DNA of 64,000 bases from Eledone cirrhosa. Its lineage: Eukaryota. The stretch spans positions 55,056,001-55,120,000 of the forward strand of contig OZ024746.1 in NCBI GenBank assembly GCA_964016885.1, in the 5' to 3' direction. Under the pieces are notes generated by a model. It was not told where the DNA came from and made no database searches. It saw only the letters and a list, made by a program, of their open reading frames with translations. The position numbers and the translations under genes were made by a program. Below are positions 59,178 through 64,000 of the stretch, in pieces (position 1 is the stretch's first letter; the number at the start of each line of letters is the position of its first letter).

Positions 59178-59233
<56 letters not shown>

Positions 59234-59235
<2 letters not shown>

Positions 59236-59450
59236 TGGAGGCATGTTGCCTAGTGGTTAGGTTGTTGTGGTGTGTTCTTGAGCAAAACACTTCATTTTAC
59301 GTTGCTCCAGTATCCTCAGCTGAAAATGAGTACTAGCAATAGCAGGGGTTTAATCCTGCGATGGACTGGCGTCCTGTCCAGGGGTAAATCTCGTACTCTC
59401 TGTCGCTTAACGCAATGGAACGGGAAAAACACCCGCCAAATGAGCCTTCT
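59234..59450 (+). mobile_element. tRNA-derived SINE with CORE/V-SINE-like body (internally deleted head)
   Basis: GGCATGTTGCCTAGTGGTTAG (A-box-like), GTGTTCTTGAGCAAAACACT and CCTGCGATGGACTGGCGTCCTGTCCAGGGG. Confidence 0.65.
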
Positions 59451-59769
59451 GATTTTAGTCTTTATATATATATATATATATATATATGGGTGTCTGTGTG
59501 TGGTGATAATGAAGTTGACATGTGAGTGTGGGGTGGTGCTCTAACTGGGAGGAAACCTGTGATGAGTCCAAATAAGAAGTAAAGGGAAAATAAACCTGCA
59601 TAATAAGTTTACAATCATGACCTGAATGAAATTGAAATGGATGACAACATATTATTATTTGACCATCTAATTATTTGTAATATGTACACGCGTCTATCTC
59701 TCTCCCCTTCTCTCTCTCTCCATCTCTCTCTATTCCTCTTTCTCTCTCCCTCTCTCTCTATATATATAT

Positions 59770-59827
<58 letters not shown>

Positions 59828-59962
59828 TATATATATATATATAGTATATATATATATATAGTATATATATATATAGTATATATATATATATATATAGTAT
59901 ATATATATATATAGTATATATATATATATAATATATATATATAGTATATATATATATATATA

Positions 59963-60000
<38 letters not shown>

Positions 60001-60079
60001 TATATATATATATATATAGTATATATATTTATATATAGTATATATATATATATATATATATGGTATATATATATATATA

Positions 60080-60131
<52 letters not shown>

Positions 60132-60153
60132 TATATATATATATATATATAGT

Positions 60154-60261
60154 ATATTGTTATACTTTGGGAGGGTCATGTTGCCAATAAGAAACACACG
60201 CACCAGTTGCTTTCAACACACGATTTCAGATAAAGAATCTTGCTAAACAAATTCAGAAACG

Positions 60262-60265
<4 letters not shown>
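60154..60265. mobile_element. Minimal ~110-bp Nematis-like A fold-back (inverted end fused directly to tail)
   Basis: ATTGTTATACTTTGGG...CAGTTGCTTTCA|ACACACGATTTCAGATAAAG...CAGAAACGAAAT, flanked by (TA)n. Confidence 0.85.
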
Positions 60266-60314
<49 letters not shown>

Positions 60315-60317
<3 letters not shown>

Positions 60318-63300
60318 ATAATAATAAATTTGAAGATAAAATCAAAGCGGTCTCGAAAAGGATAAATATATATCAAATATATATGAACCGTAGAGCAAAT
60401 ATGAACGCAGAAGTGAATATTTCAAAAAACGTTGCAATCGAAGGAAGACAGGAAGACGATACTTTGGTTCGTGGAAACGTTACCTGGCTAAGTACGGTAA
60501 AAAACGAATATAATACGTAATTATTTGGAGCGGTGAAAAACAATTACACGCAAAGACAAAAGCACGTTTATGGTATAAAAGAAGTCTTAGACAAATATTC
60601 TATTTGGTGGTTCATATAGACATTCTCAGGCAATGAACGAAAAAAAACGTCATATGTGGAGCGGTGAGAACAATTGCACGCAAAGACAAAACCACGTAAG
60701 TGGTATAACTGCAGTCGTAGACTAAAATTCTAACTAGGAAACCGAATGATTCTCGGCTTCAGAGTTAAGAATAAAGTAAATAAAATACAGAGGTAATTGA
60801 AATAAATACAAACACGCATCCATATACGTACATTCAGAAGAATACGCGAAAACACTAGCCATAGGTATAAAATACACGCACGTACAAAAAAAAAACAAAA
60901 AAAAAATCCCACATGCTCATACAGAACCCACTAACGTCTGTACCCGCACGCATACGAATGTATACACCAAACGCACACACAAATATATATAAAAATATAT
61001 ATATTAATACATATAAATATGTGTGTATGTGTGTGCGTGTATACATATAATTAAATAAACGTATATAAATAAATAAATACGTATATAACAAGCGCACACA
61101 CATACCTACATGTAAATACACATATGTTCGGAGACGTATGTCAACCAAAAAACGAAGTACACATATACACACACCCTACATACGTACTAACCCGCATACT
61201 CACACAGACGCAAAACTCACGTATACACATAATCAAAAGCAAATGTACCAGAATATATAATATATACGCCATAACACATACATTCAAATATACGTACGAG
61301 GAATTATACGTACCTTCATAAAACATACAGGTAATATATACTTACCTATACAAATAAGTAATGGTATAAACATAACATATACTTCGCTACCACATCAAGA
61401 CGTTAAATATCCGCGTATAGTTCGTACTATCCGTTAGTGTATAATGTGGGGCTGTAATACGGGAAAGTTTTGTGCAATTTATGTTTACTAGCCGAAATTG
61501 CCTCAGATTTTTTGTTTAAGATGTGGTCTTTGGCGTAGAGTATTTCCAGAGCCTCAGCGGCGCAGAGGTCACGTGGTCTTTTCTTTGCGTTATGCGATCT
61601 AGCCCTAGCAAGGATCTCCCAGTGTAACTTATATTGGGTATAGTCTTTTAGACTCCAGATATAAGCTGAAAGTGACGTCATATACCTTCTGAAAGGGTAA
61701 CGAAAAGAATGGGTATGCATGTAAAGACGCTGGTTGAATCTATTGGCGGGTAACCCTATGTAGGCCCTACGGGACGTGGGTGTTTCAACCTTACATTTGT
61801 AGACAAAGTTACTAGAGAGGCATTTCCCGGATAGGAGGAAGTCAACCCGATTCCTACAATTACAGTTAGTATTAACTACATGGTTGCACGTGTTCCTACG
61901 GCTAGGGAGTTTAGCTAAATTTGAAGCTGTGATATTATGTGTAAGGTTAGGAGTCGTAGAGTAAGAAATTTTAATAGTATTTCTATTAAAAATGTTACTA
62001 TACTTATGTGTAGGGGGAAAATGCACGATAATAAGGGAGAGAAAGATCTTAGCTAATGGTGTGGCCACCTCCATATTATATGGTGGGTTATACCATATAA
62101 TGCGTCGGGATCTATTACTTCTAGGTCTATTCTCGTACTCTGCATATGCTACCTTATCGACAAATCCACTCTGAGCAAGATCTTCATTGTAATATGTGGA
62201 ATGGTCGTTGAAAATATGCTCGTTAGTACATAGATTGGAAAGCCTCAAAGAAACGTTTCTTACCAGGTTCTTGGTTATGCTGGCAGGAGGTTTAGAAAGC
62301 TTAATTATGTAATTAAGCGTATTATTCGGCTTCTATACGGGTAAAGAAAGCCATTCGATAAAATGAGGGTAACGTTGAGATAATTAACGACAGAGAGGTT
62401 GGCCTCAACCTGTATGGAGAGGTTGAAGCCTTTAAAGAAGGCTGTGAGTTCTTTTCTGAACCTGTCGCAAGCACGAGGTTCGCACTTAGTCATGGTCAAA
62501 AGACCATCGTCACGGTACAAACCACCGCCCGCGTTGGGGAATTAGTTCTTGATAGAGAAAAGAAGGAAAAGGCCAATAAGATCAGTAACCTCCGCAGAGT
62601 CACCGGCACCCATACTCACGTCGAATGGGGTACTATTGGATTTTTTAATCCAAATAGAGTTTTCAAAATTAATCACCGACTTTCGGGCATTAAGGATGAC
62701 ATCAACTTCGAAATCCTTAACCACTGTGAGTGTTTTAGCGAAATTGATAGCTCTAAGGAGAAGTGGTAAAGTGATGGAGGACTAGTAATTGTTGATGTCG
62801 AATTGGATAAAACGGCAATGTTCCTTGTTACATATGCCGTTGAACCAATCAATCACCGCGAAAGAATTGTTCCACAGTGCCAGAGGGGCCAAACTTCTAA
62901 TTTCAGGTATAATTCTATCAATAATCGTTTTACTAAATCTACCTAAATCGGACTTCGTAGGGTTAATAAGCTGAATAGAAGGGTTGTTCGGAAAATTGGA
63001 TTTGTGATCCTTCAGGGTAAAGTGGGGAGAAATAGGGTCCAGAGGTTCAGTCCGGTCCAGGATGTTGAGAGCAGGGGTGATTTTAAAGCCAGCATCGTTG
63101 ATTTCATTAATGACGTTCCGATTAGTTTTACGGTAATCCGTAGTTACAGCATTATGTAGCAGTTGATGGTAAGTACTGCGCTCCACTTGATATAGATTGC
63201 CAGTTTTGTCGGAATGGATGTACACGGCATTAGAATCCTTAATAGAACGAATTCTATTCATCAGGTCCAGCTGGAAGGAATTGCTCCTAATCCGAAATTT

Positions 63301-63325
63301 GATACTCCGCATGAGTTCCAAAAAC
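60315..63325 (-). mobile_element. Hydra-clade-like PLE (second family), decayed ORF 61427-63325 plus 3' UTR
   Basis: [91 protein letters not shown]. Confidence 0.9.
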
Positions 63326-63339
63326 TCCTGATACAGAAA

Positions 63340-64000
63340 ACAGATGCGTTCATTAAAAGGTTGCTTTGGCGTGCCTTTTATTGCGATAATCAGCGAAAAG
63401 CAGACAACAAACATAATAAATTTGGATTTAAAACCTATAATAACCCTCCGAGTAACCTAGGATTGCTACCCATCGAAAATATAGTCTTGGAACTCATACG
63501 GAGTATCAAATTTCGGAATAGGAGTAATTCCTTCCAGCAGGACCTGATCAATATAATTGGTTCTATTAAGGATTCTAATGCCGTGCACGTCCATTCCGAC
63601 AAAACTGGCAATCTATATCAAGTGGAGCTTACTGATTCTGCGGAGGTTACTGATCTTATCGGCCTTTTCCTTCTTTTCTCTATCAAGGAAGAATTCCCCA
63701 GCGTGGGCGGTGGTTTGTACCGTGATGATGGTCTTTTGACCATGACTAAGTGCGGCCCACGTGCTTGCGACATGTTCAGAAAAGAACTCACAGCCTTCTT
63801 TAAAGGCTTCAACCTCTCCATAGAGGTTGATGCCAACCTCTCTGTCATTAATTACGTCGAAGTTACCCTCAATTTATCGAATGGCTTTCATTACCGGTAT
63901 AGAAAGCCGAATGATACGCTTAATTACATAAGTAAGCTTTCTAAACCTCCTGCCAGCATAACCAAAAACCTTATAAGAAACGTTTCTTTGAGGCTTTCCC
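63340..64000 (+). mobile_element. Inverted partner copy of the 60315-63325 PLE, with extra N-terminus and an internal deletion; runs off the window
   Basis: [38 protein letters not shown], then a jump at ~63630 to [22 protein letters not shown]. Confidence 0.88.

Noticed and set aside
60525-60730. ~131-bp direct repeat and possible hammerhead in the 60315 PLE UTR
   Set aside because: The repeat is real but ordinary UTR duplication; I could not build a convincing hammerhead on either strand.

Overview
AT-rich eukaryotic non-coding DNA, most likely a cephalopod such as Octopus (inferred from Nin-domain SINEs and extreme (TA)n/(CA)n/(TAC)n density). I see no intact host protein-coding gene. The long 'YIYI', poly-L, poly-S and poly-K ORFs are microsatellite artefacts. 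The window is dominated by decayed Penelope-like retroelements (PLEs; RT plus GIY-YIG endonuclease) from apparently four clades (Neptune, Naiad-like, Hydra-like, Nematis-like). It also holds RTE LINE fragments, a two-copy bipartite RTE-derived element, tRNA-derived SINEs and a ~95-bp Tc1/mariner MITE. The most striking hidden layer is RNA structure, read by eye. (1) About 20 type I hammerhead ribozyme motifs lie in several sequence-unrelated families, some with stem covariation. (2) Many sit in tiny fold-back insertions in (TA)n where only one arm carries a 3' tail. (3) A YACTC-loop-GAGTRCT hairpin marks the arm/tail boundary in several unrelated families. (4) A 540-nt-period hammerhead repeat resembles a retrozyme (circRNA-derived). 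(5) A variant hammerhead-like core (U3-A8, C13) recurs three times. Coordinates were counted by hand and may be off by a few bases; clade names are motif-based and were not checked by search.
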